This document shows positions 10,722-24,030 of a DNA stretch of 64,000 nucleotides, one piece after another. Origin of the DNA: Octopus sinensis (Eukaryota); assembly GCF_006345805.1 (NCBI RefSeq), contig NW_021825821.1:186001-250000 (forward strand), written 5' to 3'. Below the pieces are notes generated by a model. That model ran no database searches. It was not told the DNA's origin and saw nothing but the letters and a program-made list of their open reading frames with translations. Made by a program: the position numbers and the translations under genes. Within the stretch, counting starts at the first letter, position 1; each line of letters starts with the position of its first letter.

Positions 10722-12143
10722 ATGAAACTAATGCGAATTAAATTAGCTGAACCAATTCTGCTTATTTCCATACTTTCAGCATCTATGGAAATTCTAATTC
10801 TCCGATCACTTGTCTATGAATCAAAATGCAGAGAAATTTACGGAAATTGTTCCTTTTTACGGTCAGACCAAATGCTCGACAATATTACTTTGTACAAAAG
10901 ATCGGTTGTACAAGACCAATCAAGTCAGATCCTGGCAATATATTCATTTCTCTCACTCTTGTTTCCACTTTTTATTGGGTTTTATTTCGGAGCTCAAGTC
11001 GACAAAGGAAAGTACAAATATGGATTGGTCCTTCCAATGATTAGTAACTCGCTGGGACTTGTATGCATGATACTTTTTACAGTATACGAACTGCCAACCG
11101 AGTACGTATATTTGGCAGCCTTTATAAAATCCCTGTGTGGTGGAGAAATTGTGTTTTTTATGACGTGCTTTACGTTTATTTTAAAAACTTGCAAACCCGA
11201 AAAAGTGCCAGAACGAGGAATAATAGCAGAAGTCGTTTGTACTATCGGGTTTATTTTTGGTAGCATTTGTGCTGGTTTTCTGACAAATAAAAGACTTTAT
11301 CTCATCTCGTTAATAATCGCACTTTCCATGAGTTGTATTTCAATAATTTATTCAATTTTTCTTATTCCTGATGTCACCTCCAAACAGAAATTTTCTGTAA
11401 AGTCCGAAATATTGTATTTTGTCTGTTTATTTATATTTTCAGATCTTTCATTAATATTTTTCAAAAAAACAAAAACAAAAAACTTTTGATTGTATATCTC
11501 CTGCTATATTGTACAATGTTCGTCACATTCCAAGGTTTCCATACGAGCAACTAAAATCACCAGGTTTCATAACGACAAACTATTTGTTTGTAAGTGGTGA
11601 CCCATTTCTCATCAACAATCAGTACTACGCTTATCTAAATTTGGAATTGGGAATATCGGGCACTGTCATTGGCCTCGTGGGGACCTATTTGCTTAATAAA
11701 AATTTTATCGAGCTAAAAAGGCTGACGTGCATCGCTTTGATACTCAATTTGATTGGATATGTAACATTCGGAATTGCTCAGTCAAGAGTGGTTATATATG
11801 TCGGTTGTTATTGCCTATTCAAATTTTAGGGGCCTTTTTTATTTCTTCTTTTGTGATTATCCTGGCAAATCTAAAGTCAATTATGCTGACATTTGTTCAA
11901 ACTAAGGAAAATGGTATTTTTACATTATAATTGCCAGGACGACTTTTCACTTGTATTTTCCAGGCTGAGAATATTATTGCATTAATAAGCGAGCCTATTT
12001 CTTTGTCGATATACGCAGCTTCTCTTAAACTCACCTCGGGGCTAATTTTTTTTCTTTTTGCAGGCATTTTGCTTGTTGTGGTAGTTATTTCACTTTCCTT
12101 AACAAATAAACAAGATGAAAAATGTCAAATTCATAACTTATAA
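10722..12143 (+). CDS. SLC46 (PCFT/SLC46A3-like) MFS transporter, 5 exons
   Basis: Multiple hydrophobic helices; LAEPILLIS..LVYESKC N-terminus and SLCGG motif. Four GT-AG introns (24-29 nt) join the ORF-track fragments into one stop-free frame ending TAA at 12143. Confidence 0.75.
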
Positions 12144-13054
12144 ACAATTTTAATTTTTTTATTATATAAAAGATAAATGAAATTGTTATGCAAGGGTTAG
12201 GGTCTATAGCGCTGGTCTCTTCACTTTAGCCTCGTCAGATCTTTTTTACGATTTCCTCAAATTATTGGTAGGTTAACTTCATAAGCTGATTTGATTTGGC
12301 AAGGAATTACTTTTCTGGCATCTTTATTTCTGTAAATATTTTTTCTAGAGTTTTTTTACACTAACACTCATCATCACCGTCTATGGTTAGCATATTCGTA
12401 TAATTTGTCACCGTACATTATCCCGACTAACCATTTGCCGGACCACATTTCCAATTTCACTAATTTTCCCAAAAAAACTACATGTTTTTTTCAAACTCTA
12501 AGATATTCAATATATTCAATTATTTTCAATATTAATAAGAATATTTAACAAGATTTTATTTGGATTTATAGGTCAACTATCTAAAAGGATTTGTTTTAAA
12601 ATATGCTTATTTAATGGATTTATTATTCATAAGTTGTAGGTCTATTGTTACGTACTTTATACAAGAAAATTTTAATAAATGATTTAATCCTCCACACCCT
12701 TAAACTGACACTAACCGTTGACCAAACTCTATACTTATTTTTTAGTCAAGTTTTTAGTTTTTTTAATCTTGAAAAATGCGCATTTTCTATAATATTGATC
12801 CTAAACTATAATATTGATTTAACCCTTATATTGTTTTTCATTTTCAAACTCAAAAGATTTAGACAAATTTCTGAGTCTATATTTTTGTCTTTTAGGACTT
12901 TAAAACAATCATAATCATAAATCATTTTGAAATTTTTATTATTTCTATTTTGATATAAATAAAAAGAAAGATTGTTTTATTTTTGGACTGAATGTAGTCG
13001 GAAATATCAAGAAATACGCAAAAAACAATAATTTCTTTATTATCATTTTTCACT

Positions 13055-13330
13055 ACATACCTCTGCAAGTTTTTTTTCTTTACATCCCTCAATGAAAACA
13101 AAGTACAGGAATAATCTTGAAGCTTTCTCGGACATAAATTTGAAACTATCTACATTGACCCAGGATATTAAAGATCTATGTAGGCCAAAAAACAATTACA
13201 CAGATCAAATTAATTTTGCTTTAATAAATTAAGTCAGAATATAAGATATTATTAATAAAAAAATAGGGTGCCTCAAATTTTTAGAAAATCTGAATAAGTA
13301 CCTTAACTCAGAAAAGTCTGGAAACCACTG
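13055..13330 (+). mobile_element. hAT Charlie/Buster right-end remnant
   Basis: SMKTKYRNNLE..DINLKLSTLTQDIKDLC C-terminus, followed by terminal GAAAAGTCTGGAAACCACTG (reverse complement of a CAGTGGTTTCC TIR). Confidence 0.65.
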
Positions 13331-13847
13331 ATCCATAACAATAAACATGACATTTTCATATTAGATAAAATTAAAAAAGTATAACTTTAATTGATGCTGG
13401 GATCACTAATTATCAATTATTGAACAAGCGAAAAAGATTCATAAATACGACCGGCGTGCAAATAAATTATCATTGATAAAGTGAATATTAGTATCTTTGG
13501 TCCTGGAATTGTGTTGTAATAAATTTTTAAAAGCACCATCAAAATACTTTTTAAAGCATATATATTCCAAAGAAGATTCGAAAAGTATGCGAGTTAAATA
13601 CAAAAATGTGTAAATTGACAATGTCAACAGATTAAAATCAACGATTTGACGATCAAAGACAGGCGCTTTATAAGGGGCACTACGAGGAAAATAATGTGAA
13701 GTTAAGAACTGTACAGAAAGACTCTCAACTCCAAGTGGAAGATGTTGGTAGATCTTTTTAGGAGGAGGAGACTGCAGAAAATTGGAGAGTAGCTCGAAAA
13801 GAGGACTTGCAAATTGAAAATTTGATCGAATTCTTATGAATAATAAT

Positions 13848-16846
13848 TAGGGCAATTTAAGTTAAAAAAGTTAAAATATATGAAAATGTGTATTTTGGCT
13901 TAAAAGTAAAAATAAAGTATTTTTTAAATGAAATAGTTACTTATTAAAGAAAAAAATAAAGTTAAAAAGTTAAAAAAAAATTTTTTATAAAGTTAAAAAT
14001 TTTAACTTTATTTAAAATAGCGCGTGGGTGTTTAGTATGCCAAGAACTGCAAAAACAATGTATTTTAAGGCAAAAAAATTGTTATTGAATATCCGCTGGA
14101 GTTTTTATTACGAGAGAATGGCGAGTTGCAATGTCAACTTTGCTTATGCACAGTCAGGTGTGAGAAAAAGCATTTTGTGAATTCTCACCGAGAATCGAAG
14201 AAGCACTCAAATTTATTAAGTTTTTACAAATTAATATAATTTTTAGAGAATATTTCTATCAGCCTTGTTTGGACGAGTTACCCAATGATGACTGGTCAAT
14301 GCAAGTCACTAAAGCATTTATTCAATGCGATATACCCTTGCATAAATTGACTATGCCTCCTCTAAAGAATTTATTCAAGAATACTTCTTTGCCTCTTCCT
14401 TCCCAATACAAAGCAAGAATGTGCGTTAAACAATTGAAAACTGAATATATTGTACAGTATAACCTCCATTTGGGGCAGACCTCTGGCTTGGGGAACCTCT
14501 ATTTTTGGGGAACCTCTATTTTTGGAGTAGTTTGAAAAGGATATAATTTTTATGCGGTAATTTCCAAATTTAGAAATTACCGGAACCTCTAAGTGGGGCA
14601 CAGGATTTTTAATTTATATACATATTTGCTATTAAAATTAAAATAATTATTATAAAATTTCATTTGGAAGCCTCGTGTAATTTTTGTATTCTTGTTGTTA
14701 TGGCTCGTAAGCTTAGTCTTGAGTTAAAGATCAAATTGCCAAGGAATTAAGTGAAAATAAACATCTTACTGAACGAGATATTGTAGATAAGTACAAAATT
14801 AGTAAAGGTTTTTTATTAATGTAAGTTTTAGGCGCTGTGTCACGTATTAAAAAAAATTATCTCAATTTTTTTAATACTGGGGCTGTTCAAACAGATTTTC
14901 CCAGAAATATTCAACGCTCTCCTCATACTTTATCCCAAAAATTGGATAAAATTGTTTTTGAGGCTTTCACCAAGACAAGGGAAAATTTATTCCTGTGTCC
15001 GGTCCTCTTTTAAAAAATATTCTTTATTTTGAGGACGTTGAGTTACAATTGTTAATTTAAAAAAAATAAATCTTCGTCATGTCATAATAATTGTTGGAAA
15101 AACATGGCACAATTTAAATCCTGAAACAATAACGAATTGTGGGAAACAATTAATAACTGTCGGCAACAGATTCCTAGTTCAAATTTTTTAGTTAACAGTG
15201 AGAAAGAAAATTTGGACACGATAATGCAGACGTAATTGCTGAAAATGAAGAAGAAAATAATGATGAGTCAATATATGACCAAACTGAATGCAACTGTTCA
15301 CACTTGGACATGATAACAGCAATGAATAACCTTGAAGAGAATATTCACCGTTTGTTTCCCGATGCGTTAAAAGACTATTACAATTTCAGAAAAATATTGG
15401 GCATACATATGAAGAAATCTGCAACAGGAAACAAATAACAGATTATTTTCGTGTATAATAGAATAAAAATTTTTTTCTACTTGAAAAATACTCTAATTAT
15501 CAATAAAATTAGTGGAAAACATGTTTAAATGTTCTTAAAAATACTTTATTTATTTATAAATTAATGAAAAATATGCTAAAACTATTAAAATTTTTATAAA
15601 AATAAAGAAAATTTCAGACCTCCATTTTTGGGGAACCTCTATTTTTGGGGCAATTTTTCAAAATGTGCCCCAAATGGAGGTTATACTGTATTATTTCAAG
15701 AAAAGTTTAGGTTTATGAATATATAATTTTTAGAAATCAACTTGTATTCGCCATAAGTGACGAGGTCACTATTCGTAGTCAAAATTTGTTGCAGTTTTAA
15801 TGGGGATACTTAAAAATCCCGATAAAACTTATTCGATTTCTTTCGTAAAAATTGAAAAACTTCTACCAAAGAAAAATTATTCAAATGTTGACGATACGAT
15901 TAAATGCGTTTAATTGAAAGACAAAATTTCCTTCTCCTAATAACAGATCCGCTAAATATATGCTAGCAGGTTTTAATTTAACATATAATTATAGCTGGAA
16001 AAGTTCTTAAGCTTTTATATCCAAGGTTATTTCACGTAACTTGTGTTGCTCATCTGATGCATAATTGTTCAATGAAAATCAGGACTATTTATCCTGAAAT
16101 TGATTCTCTTATTGCATCAATTCAAGCGGCAATAACAAAAAATAACAAGAGAAAACGACTATTTAATGAAATTGGAATTCCACCTCATGTAGTTTTAACT
16201 AGATAGGGTACTTGGCTAACTGCTGCATTTTATTATGCAAAAAATTTGATACTGTGATAAACATTTTCAAAACAATTCCTGATGATGGAATCATTGTTCA
16301 GGCTGCAAAAATAGCCTAAGAGATGAATCTCTAGTAAAAAGCTTAAGTTCTATTGTTAGAAATTATTCGACAATTCCAGGTAAAACTAGTTTAATAATAG
16401 CAGAATTATTGTGCAAATTTGAAAGTTCTCACTCCTCAATAGAGTTAGCTTACAATGAGCTAAAGAATTTAAAATTTGACGACGAATCAGATATAATTGA
16501 AAATATTTGAATGAACGATTACAAAAAAATGATTTATGTCAAATTATAAGAATGACAAATTCATCAATTTCTCCTGAAGAATATTGTATGCTTTTAAAGT
16601 GTCAGCCTTCATCCTCTTCCATAGAACGATGCTTCTCTCAAATTAAAAACTTTGAGGATAACAGAAATTTTAATATTGAAAATATAGAGAATTATGTTAT
16701 ATGTTTGTATAATAATGATTCTTAAGTTAAAATTTGTTAGGTTAAAATTTTTGTTTTATAGGTTAAAATTTGGTTATTTTTAGGTTAAAAAGTTAAAATT
16801 TTTAGGTTAAAAAATCGAAGTTTTAGGTTAAAAAAAAATTGCCCTA
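13848..16846 (+). mobile_element. hAT element encoding a CGGBP1-like transposase (degraded), with nested pogo
   Basis: TIR TAGGGCAATTT/AATTGCCCTA, exact 8-bp TSD ATAATAAT, subterminal (A/G)GTTAAAA repeats. Protein MPRTAK..EFLLRENGELQCQLCLCTVRCEKKHFVNSHRESKKH...CQPSSSSIERCFSQ..NRNFNIENI. Confidence 0.85.
14455..15688 (+). mobile_element. Internally deleted pogo/Tigger (1234 bp) inserted at TA in the hAT transposase
   Basis: Perfect 23-bp TIR CAGTATAACCTCCATTTGGGGCA, TA TSD, subterminal GGGGAACCTCTATTTTT repeats, HTH remnant RKLSLELKDQIAKEL. The host frame resumes across it (LKTEYIV|LFQEKF). Confidence 0.9.
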
Positions 16847-17092
16847 ATAATAATAACTTAATTAACAAACTTTTCTTAAAGATTTTTTATAGTCAAAATG
16901 AAAAAATACAACTTATATTGGGCCTGTTTTTTTTAAATACTCGCTTTTTTGTGCTTCACTGAGCGAATAATGTTTAAGGATCGTCATAACCTCTTCCTCT
17001 TTCGACATCAGAGTTAAAATCCCTGAAAGACCACTATGACTGCCCCTTTTATAAAATCAATCGGCTTTCTACGTGATAGTCCCACCGAAGTA

Positions 17093-18678
17093 CAGTGGGC
17101 CCAAAAAGTCATGGCACCACTTAATAAATTTTAGTATTTTACGTTTTTACCCATAAAATGTGAATTATTTTGACTTTTAATTATTTTTTTTGAAAAATTC
17201 AAAAGATTCTGATTTAGAAAATAATTTTAAATCTTTAAAAATAGCGATAATTGACAAAGAAAAAACATTTTTTTTAATTTTAGCGTTATTTAAGGGTCAA
17301 TAAGTGTTGGCACGATGCCTTATTAATATTTTGTTGCATGCCCTTTTGCAACAATTACTGCTTCTAATCTTCTTTTGTATGTATTTATTAATTTAAAACA
17401 TTCTTTTTTGGAAATTTTATTCCACTCCTCACGACAGAATGCTTTTAACTCCACTATTTTCTAGGTCTTTGGTTTCCTACCTTTATTTTCAACGTTTTCC
17501 ATAAATTTTCAATTGGGTTTAAGTCAGGAGATTGACTAGGCCATTTCAGAACATTTATTCCATTATATTAAGCATTCAGTAGTTATTTTAGCTTTATGTT
17601 TGGGATCGTTGTCGTGTTGAAACGTCCCATTGCTTCTTTGCTTTAATTTATTGATGGACGGAACTAAACAATTTTCCAAAATTTCGACGTACATCTTGGC
17701 ATTCAATTTCCATCTATGAAAAATAGTTCACCCACTCCTTGAGACGAAAAACACGCCCATAACACTAGGCTGCCTCCTCCGTGCTTAACTGTAGGTATGG
17801 TACATTTTTTGTCATATTCTTGATTTTTTTACCTGAGGCCAAAAAGTTCAATTTTGGTTTCATCTGACCATAATATGTTCATTATATTTCTAAATCTTTA
17901 TTTAAAAAATTCTGAGCGAATTTTAGTCGCGCTGATATTTGGCTTTTCTTAGTAGAAAAATATGTCGTGCCCTCCTTTATGAATTCCTTGTTTGCGCAAT
18001 GTATTAGTTATCGTAGATAACTCAACTTTGATTCCCATGGTCTCTAAATCATCTGCCAGCTTGCTTCTAATAATTATGGGATCATTTGCCACACTCCTTT
18101 TTTCATTGAATGAGAACGGCTCGATATCTTTTTAGGTGCCCAGACCTCGATTTATTGCAAACATTTTTTTGTTCTTTCCAACGGACTATTATATTCCTTA
18201 CTGAACTTTTCGGAATATTGAATTGTCTGGAAATTTGGTTGTAACTTTTTTTTCTTGGTGGGACTTGACGATCATCTGTTTTAGCTCAAAAGATATTCCT
18301 TCCGATTTCCCATTAGTAGTGCTAAAAACGGCTGTTTTCGTAATATCAATATAATAATGCGTTATTAAGTAAACAAAGCTTTGTGAAGAAAACTTAAAAA
18401 AATAATCTGAAAGAATGACATTCTCTTATCATATGCACTTAAACTAAACTGTAGATATAAGAGTGCCAACACTTTTTGACCCTTCAATAACGCTAAAAAT
18501 TTAAAAAAGTTGTTTTTCTTTGTCAATCATTAATATTTTAAGGATTTAAAATATTTTCTAAATCAGAATCTTTTGAATTTTTCAAAAAAATAATTAAAAG
18601 TCAAAATACTTCATATTTTATGGAAAAACGTAAAATACTAAAATTTATTAATGGTGCCATGACTTTTTGGGCCCACTG
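17093..18678 (-). mobile_element. Tc1 (Sleeping-Beauty-like IR/DR) transposon, degraded transposase ~17323-18313
   Basis: ~220-bp TIRs starting CAGTGGGCCCAAAAAGTCATGGCACCA, TA TSD. Minus strand gives MG..KE..FELKQMIVKSHQEKKSYNQISRQFNIPKSSV, then [16 protein letters not shown] and GHATKY*. Confidence 0.9.
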
Positions 18679-18859
18679 TATATAACTAACCAAAGAGCGG
18701 CCTTTAATTTATAATAAGCACATTAGTGAGCAGGAATTGATCATAGAAAATTATAACCAGGAGATAAATAAGTTTCATTGATTTGTGGGTGTTTGAGTCA
18801 GCAATAATGTTTTCTCCCTAACCGATTAGTTCACATTAAATTAGAACATAGATAGATTA

Positions 18860-19325
18860 ATTAAGTTAATATTATTTAATTGATGTTAATCCGACCGTTG
18901 TCCGCTGGAGGTTAATTTCCTTTTTTTAAAGGAAGAAGTAACGAACACCAATTTTTGATCCTCTTTCTCCAATTTAGTTACAACTCTTTTTCCCTAGTTC
19001 TCCATATTATCTTCATACAAATGACTTGTTTCAATTAAGAGACTACTCCATGAATTTATCTCCTCATCAGTGATTCTGATCCCCTTGCCTGTGCTCAGCA
19101 ATTATACTCTCCAGTGTTTTCTCCAACACAACTGACTGTATATAAGACTGGGTTTCGTCTTCGATGACCAACCTTTCAATGTAGTTTTTAAAAAACTTGG
19201 AAACGAGCACGTCCCGACCAAAACCAGTGGAATTATTTTCACTTGAGCGTCGTAAAGAATGGACAACTCCCCTACCAATAGATCGTATTTATGCAATTTC
19301 TTGACGTCAATTAGCTCATATATAT
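18860..19325 (-). mobile_element. R4/Dong-clade retrotransposon 3' fragment
   Basis: HKYDLLVGELSILYDAQVKIIPLV is homologous to HKYDFLANELSLLYECQVKIIPVV of the 40512-44054 ORF; 3' end shared with 59105-59310. Confidence 0.8.
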
Positions 19326-19727
19326 TAATGAAACAAATATAGAAAATTGATAATAAAAAAAGAATATTAATGGTTATTCTGATTTTCTTCCATCGTGTTG
19401 TTATGACTCAAATTGTGGGAATCTTTATTCTTATTATCAAGTTCATTTTTAGTATATTTTGAAAGCTCACTATCAATAAGATTGGAATTTAGTTCAAGTC
19501 GAGTCGGCATGCGAGGAATCATAACAAGAATTTTACAGTTATGCAAATTTATTAAAAAATATTATTTTTTATAAATATAAATTTTAAATATATTAAATCA
19601 AAATAGATTCTATTAATACGAAATGCAGTATTTTATGCGGAATAATTAAGTTTTAAAAAGGAAATTATTTATTTAGAAGCAAATCAACTAACTAGGACTA
19701 AAAGGTGTTTGTCAGAGTCTAAAAGTC

Positions 19728-20075
19728 AGCTCTTTGACGCCGCGTTGCGTATGGAATGACAGTTTCCGCGATTAATCAAAAAACGGCTGATTACTTGGTA
19801 TCTAGTAGAGTAAGAGATACTGGCTACGAATAAATAATAATTGACGACTGCTGGATCCAAAAAAGAGACCCCAAAGAAAACGTGGTTGCCGACAAAAATA
19901 GGTTCCCTAACGGAATCAAGTCTCTAGTAAACACGTTCTAACACACAAATAAAATTTCAAGGTTCATCAAAAGGGATTAAAATTTGGAATATATGCCGAT
20001 ATGGGATTTTTTACTTGCCAAAACTATCCGGGATATCTGTTATACCTTGAAAAAGATGCCTACACATTTTCAGGT
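19728..20075 (+). pseudogene. GH27 alpha-galactosidase/NAGA pseudogene (N-terminal half)
   Basis: GYE*IIIDDCW..RD..VVADKNRFPNGIKSLVN|[31 protein letters not shown]. In-frame TAA and frameshifts; no C-terminal half found. Confidence 0.75.
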
Positions 20076-20399
20076 CAAAAACGTCTAAACATCGTTAAAA
20101 TATAAAACCAATATAATCCAAATCCACTAATTTAGTCAATTCGGTGATTGATTTGAGGTGAAATTGCGGTAACGTTAAAATTGTACAAGAAATATCATTA
20201 AAGAACAATAAAAATTTTTTGACAGCCAAAGCCTCTTCTTGATTTCTTTAAAAAATATAAATCGGAAAATATTAACCTTAATGCTTTGGGTGCTCCATAA
20301 GATCGAATAAATTCTGATCGATTAGTTGAACAATTATTCTCATTAAAAATAATATTCTTACTTCTATTAATTAATATTTTAATGCGTTTTTTTGTTCTA

Positions 20400-20611
20400 A
20401 TGGTGTTTATCGTTTATTTTGATTGCTTTGTAGAGCTCAATAAAGTCGTTGAGAACAAAGCTATTTTTAGCTAAGAAAATGAAGCAAAATCGTCCCCTGC
20501 CTCACTGGATACGCCTCAAGTCTGAAAACCAATTAAAGTCGTTCAAGAATAATAACCTGTAGATACAATAATAAGAGAAGGCATTGGAGAAGAACCAAAC
20601 TTAAGATCTAA
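20400..20611 (+). CDS. RPL39: 60S ribosomal protein L39, 3 exons
   Basis: ATG, 31-nt intron, [35 protein letters not shown], 25-nt intron, [15 protein letters not shown]; 51 aa. Confidence 0.95.
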
Positions 20612-20782
20612 ATTTGTTCATTTTTTGTTTTATTTTCTTTAAAATAATTTTTTCTTTTAAAACTTCTTGCTTGGTTTGTCTTAATTGGTTTAATGATAAA
20701 TTTCTACTTCTGGGATGCCAATTTATTAACTTGATTTTTTATGCGGTTTTCTTACGTTCAAAGTGTGTGAGATGGTCTAAAG

Positions 20783-21875
20783 CAGCGGTTCTCAACCTTT
20801 TTTAGACTGGGGACCACTTTTGCACTATAAAATTTTGTGGGGACCACCTTAAATAAAATAAACATTTTTGGTATTAGCGCACAATTTTGGCCTCGCCAGG
20901 GCCAGTTTGACATGTTCGAATATTTATTAAATAAAAAATAACAAAACATATGAAATAACAGAAAATTTAATAGTAATTTAGTGAGATTTCTGATCTTGTT
21001 TGCTCAGAATAATTTTACTTATATCAGGCTCTATGTTCGACAAAGCTACTCGCATATCATCTTGTACCCGTAGTCTATTTCTATATTTTGTTTTTAGAAA
21101 AGTCAGACACGACATCGCCATTTCACAGTGATAAGTAGTGGGGAATGCAAGTATTGATTCCAATGCAGTTTTACTCAAAATGGGGAATTCTTTCGCCATC
21201 TGACACCTAACAATAAAAAGTAATTATTAATGAAATACCAAAAATCTAATAATGAAGTACATTTGAAATAATCTGAGCAGACTGATTACATTGAAGTTCA
21301 ATCAAGCTCTGCTGAAAATTGAGTTCCTGATATTCTTTAATGAGGTCAAAAAAGGCTGAACGATCCAGTTGGAATTGGGTCTTCAACAGGAATTTTCTGG
21401 GTGTACAGACTCTTTGTGGCGCCTAAGTTGAGAAGGTTTCAGTGAATTGTTTCCCAAATTTTATGGCAAATCATGCATTTTGCCTTTATTTCATTATTTG
21501 GGGCAATGAATTTAGTGAATCCAAATTGTACGTAAGAATCCGACCAAAGACGACGATTCTTGTTAACCATAACTAGAATGATAAACCACGCTAATCAAAT
21601 CAGATTAATTTCAATGTTTTTGATTTATACTTAATTGTACAATTAGTTTTAAATTTAATTTAATATATTTTGCGAAAATTCCTGGGGACCACTAAAAATT
21701 TTCTGGGGACCACGATTGAGAACCGCTTGATTAATTTCAATGTTTTTGATTTATACTTAATTGTACAATTAGTTTTAACTTTAATATATTTTTATTTTTC
21801 GAAAATTCCTGGGGACCACTAAAAATTTTCTGGGGACCACTAGTGGTCCCCGGGGACCACGGTTGAGAACCGCTG
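20783..21875 (-). mobile_element. Non-autonomous hAT (Buster/Charlie), 1093 bp
   Basis: TIR CAGCGGTTCTCAACC / GGTTGAGAACCGCTG, exact 8-bp TSD GTCTAAAG, transposase C-terminus in ORF 20978-21199, GGGGACCAC subterminal repeats. Confidence 0.92.
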
Positions 21876-22599
21876 GTCTAAAGAAACAACTATGTTAGGC
21901 TAAAAATACATTCTCAAACAAAAAAAGAACTTTGAATTGGACTCAATATTTTATCATTTTAATGCTTAATCCTCTTTTTTGTTATCAACATTTCGGGATT
22001 GCCACTGAGATTTGTCAAAAAAGGACGATCGTCCTATTTTTCAAGAAGACCAAAATTTATTAAACAAATTAATTCTCTTCGAAAACCAATTGTCAATCCT
22101 AACCTCCAATGTCCTGATACCGAAAACCTTATTTTTGTTTACCTAAGCAGAAGAATTGAAACTGGATTTTCACAAAAGTCTAAGAAATTTCCAGGAGAAA
22201 AGCGCCAACTGCACCAGATCTTTGCATTTTCTTGAACGTCAGTCTATGTTGAGCTAATTCTCGGACTACTGGGATTGGCTTTTCGTCAACGGTGTATACG
22301 TTTTATATACAGTTAGATTTTTGAAGACCTTGCATTTGTTAAGACAAATTGGAAGTGCGAAATTGTCGACAACATTTTCCATCGTTCGACGTGGACACTT
22401 CATAGAGTGATCTCAGAATATTATTTCCTAGAAATACATTCTAGACACAACATTGTTTGGTTTGGATAAAGAAGCCGAAAATACGTTAAATAGTGTCCGA
22501 CTTAATACTCAGCCTTTAGTGACAGTTTTCTTACTCTATTTTAAGTTTGAAAAAACTTTCTCATGCCAGGCATCTAACAGCGCCATCCGAGAAATCAAA

Positions 22600-22915
22600 A
22601 AGTAAACGCTTTCTAGCAGGTGGATACTTCACACACGGCAAAAGCACACTTGTCATGCCAAATTGTGTTGAAAGTTTTCATCAGTGTTTATATTTACCAT
22701 GATCTCGCAATCTTTATGTTGTAGTGTCCTCTTCATCGATGAGTTCAGAATTCAAAGATAGTCTCCATAGAAGTCATTTTGCATTAAGTCACACTGATGC
22801 TCATCAAGAGTTTGTTTTAGAGTTAAGTCATACTACAATCTCTGATATATCATTTGTTCTAGAATCTCAGAAATGACGGGAAGCAAGTGCGTCGCGATGC
22901 TATTTTGGAAACATG
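22600..22915 (-). mobile_element. Degenerate LINE RT fragment
   Basis: LLPVISEILEQMIYQRL..LDEHQ and MKTFNTIWH, resembling RT subdomains 2-4. Confidence 0.55.
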
Positions 22916-22919
22916 CTCT

Positions 22920-24030
22920 CGGAGAGCACCAGAAATAATCCATCTTGTCCCGCTTGCGTACGGTTCGGAGAGCAGTCATCCGTTCGGCGACTGGCGTGCA
23001 ACAGGGTGACCCGCTAGGGCCACTCCTCTTCGCGATGACAATCGATGAGGCAGCTCGACTTGCTGTCTCTCCATTCAATCTTTGGTATCTTGATGATGCC
23101 ACATTGGGTGGCCGTGCTGACCAGGTTATTCGGGATGTCGAACACATCGTACCAGCAATGGCTACCCTCGGCCTCTCGGTCAACGCAAAGAAGACCGAGA
23201 TCATCAATGTCTCCTGTTCGGAGGCAAACTTCCAATCCGCTGTGGCTCGCCTCAGAGCAACCCTGCCTGGCGCCAACGTTACCCCAATTGATGACGTCAC
23301 CTTTCTCGGGGGATCCCTGTCCGACACAAAGCTCCGATGCATGCTATCTGCCAAAACCTAATACTTTCAAAGACTTTCAACCAACCTATCTATCCTGGAC
23401 TCACACACTGCCTTTTTCCTCCTGAGGAACAGCATCCATCTGCCGAAACTTATCTTCACCCTCAGAAGCAATCCGTGTTTCTTACAAATGGATCTACTCC
23501 TTGCATGTGACGCCATTCTGAAAAAAGCTGCTGAATCCGTCCTCAACGTCCACCTCGATGCTCCGGGGTGGGCCCAATGCTCGCTCCCGCTGAGATTCAG
23601 AGGTGCGGGAATCCGTACTGCATTCGATTTGGCACTTCTGGCATATATATTCTCTTTTCGATGTGCAACAACCTGGCCTCAGAGATCCTACTCAAACATT
23701 TCGGATTTTGCCTGGACGGTGCTTTGTCGGATACGCTTACTACTTGGGATTGCTCCTTTTCTGAGAAGCCTGGAGATTTATCCTCCCAACGTGCCTGGGA
23801 CACTATCGCATGCCGAGCGCGTGTGTCTGAGCTCTCGGTAACCCCTGACCAACACCGCCTGGCATGCCTTCGTGCGGCATCCGCCCCTCACTCTGGCAGC
23901 TGGCTGAATGCTCTCCCTCTCTCCAATATCGGGACGTGGCTAGACGATGTTGCCATTCGCATCGGAGTCGCTCACCGACTCGGCCTGGATGTTTGCGCAA
24001 AACACCGCTGCAGATGCGGTGAGGCCTTAC
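22920..24030 (+). mobile_element. CRE-clade retrotransposon internal fragment (CRE-B)
   Basis: [36 protein letters not shown] across frameshifts. Confidence 0.85.

Noticed and set aside
14480-14525. Short direct-repeat arrays (also 16725-16835, 21690-21860) resembling CRISPR or iterons
   Set aside because: No unique spacers; they are subterminal transposase-binding repeats next to TIRs.
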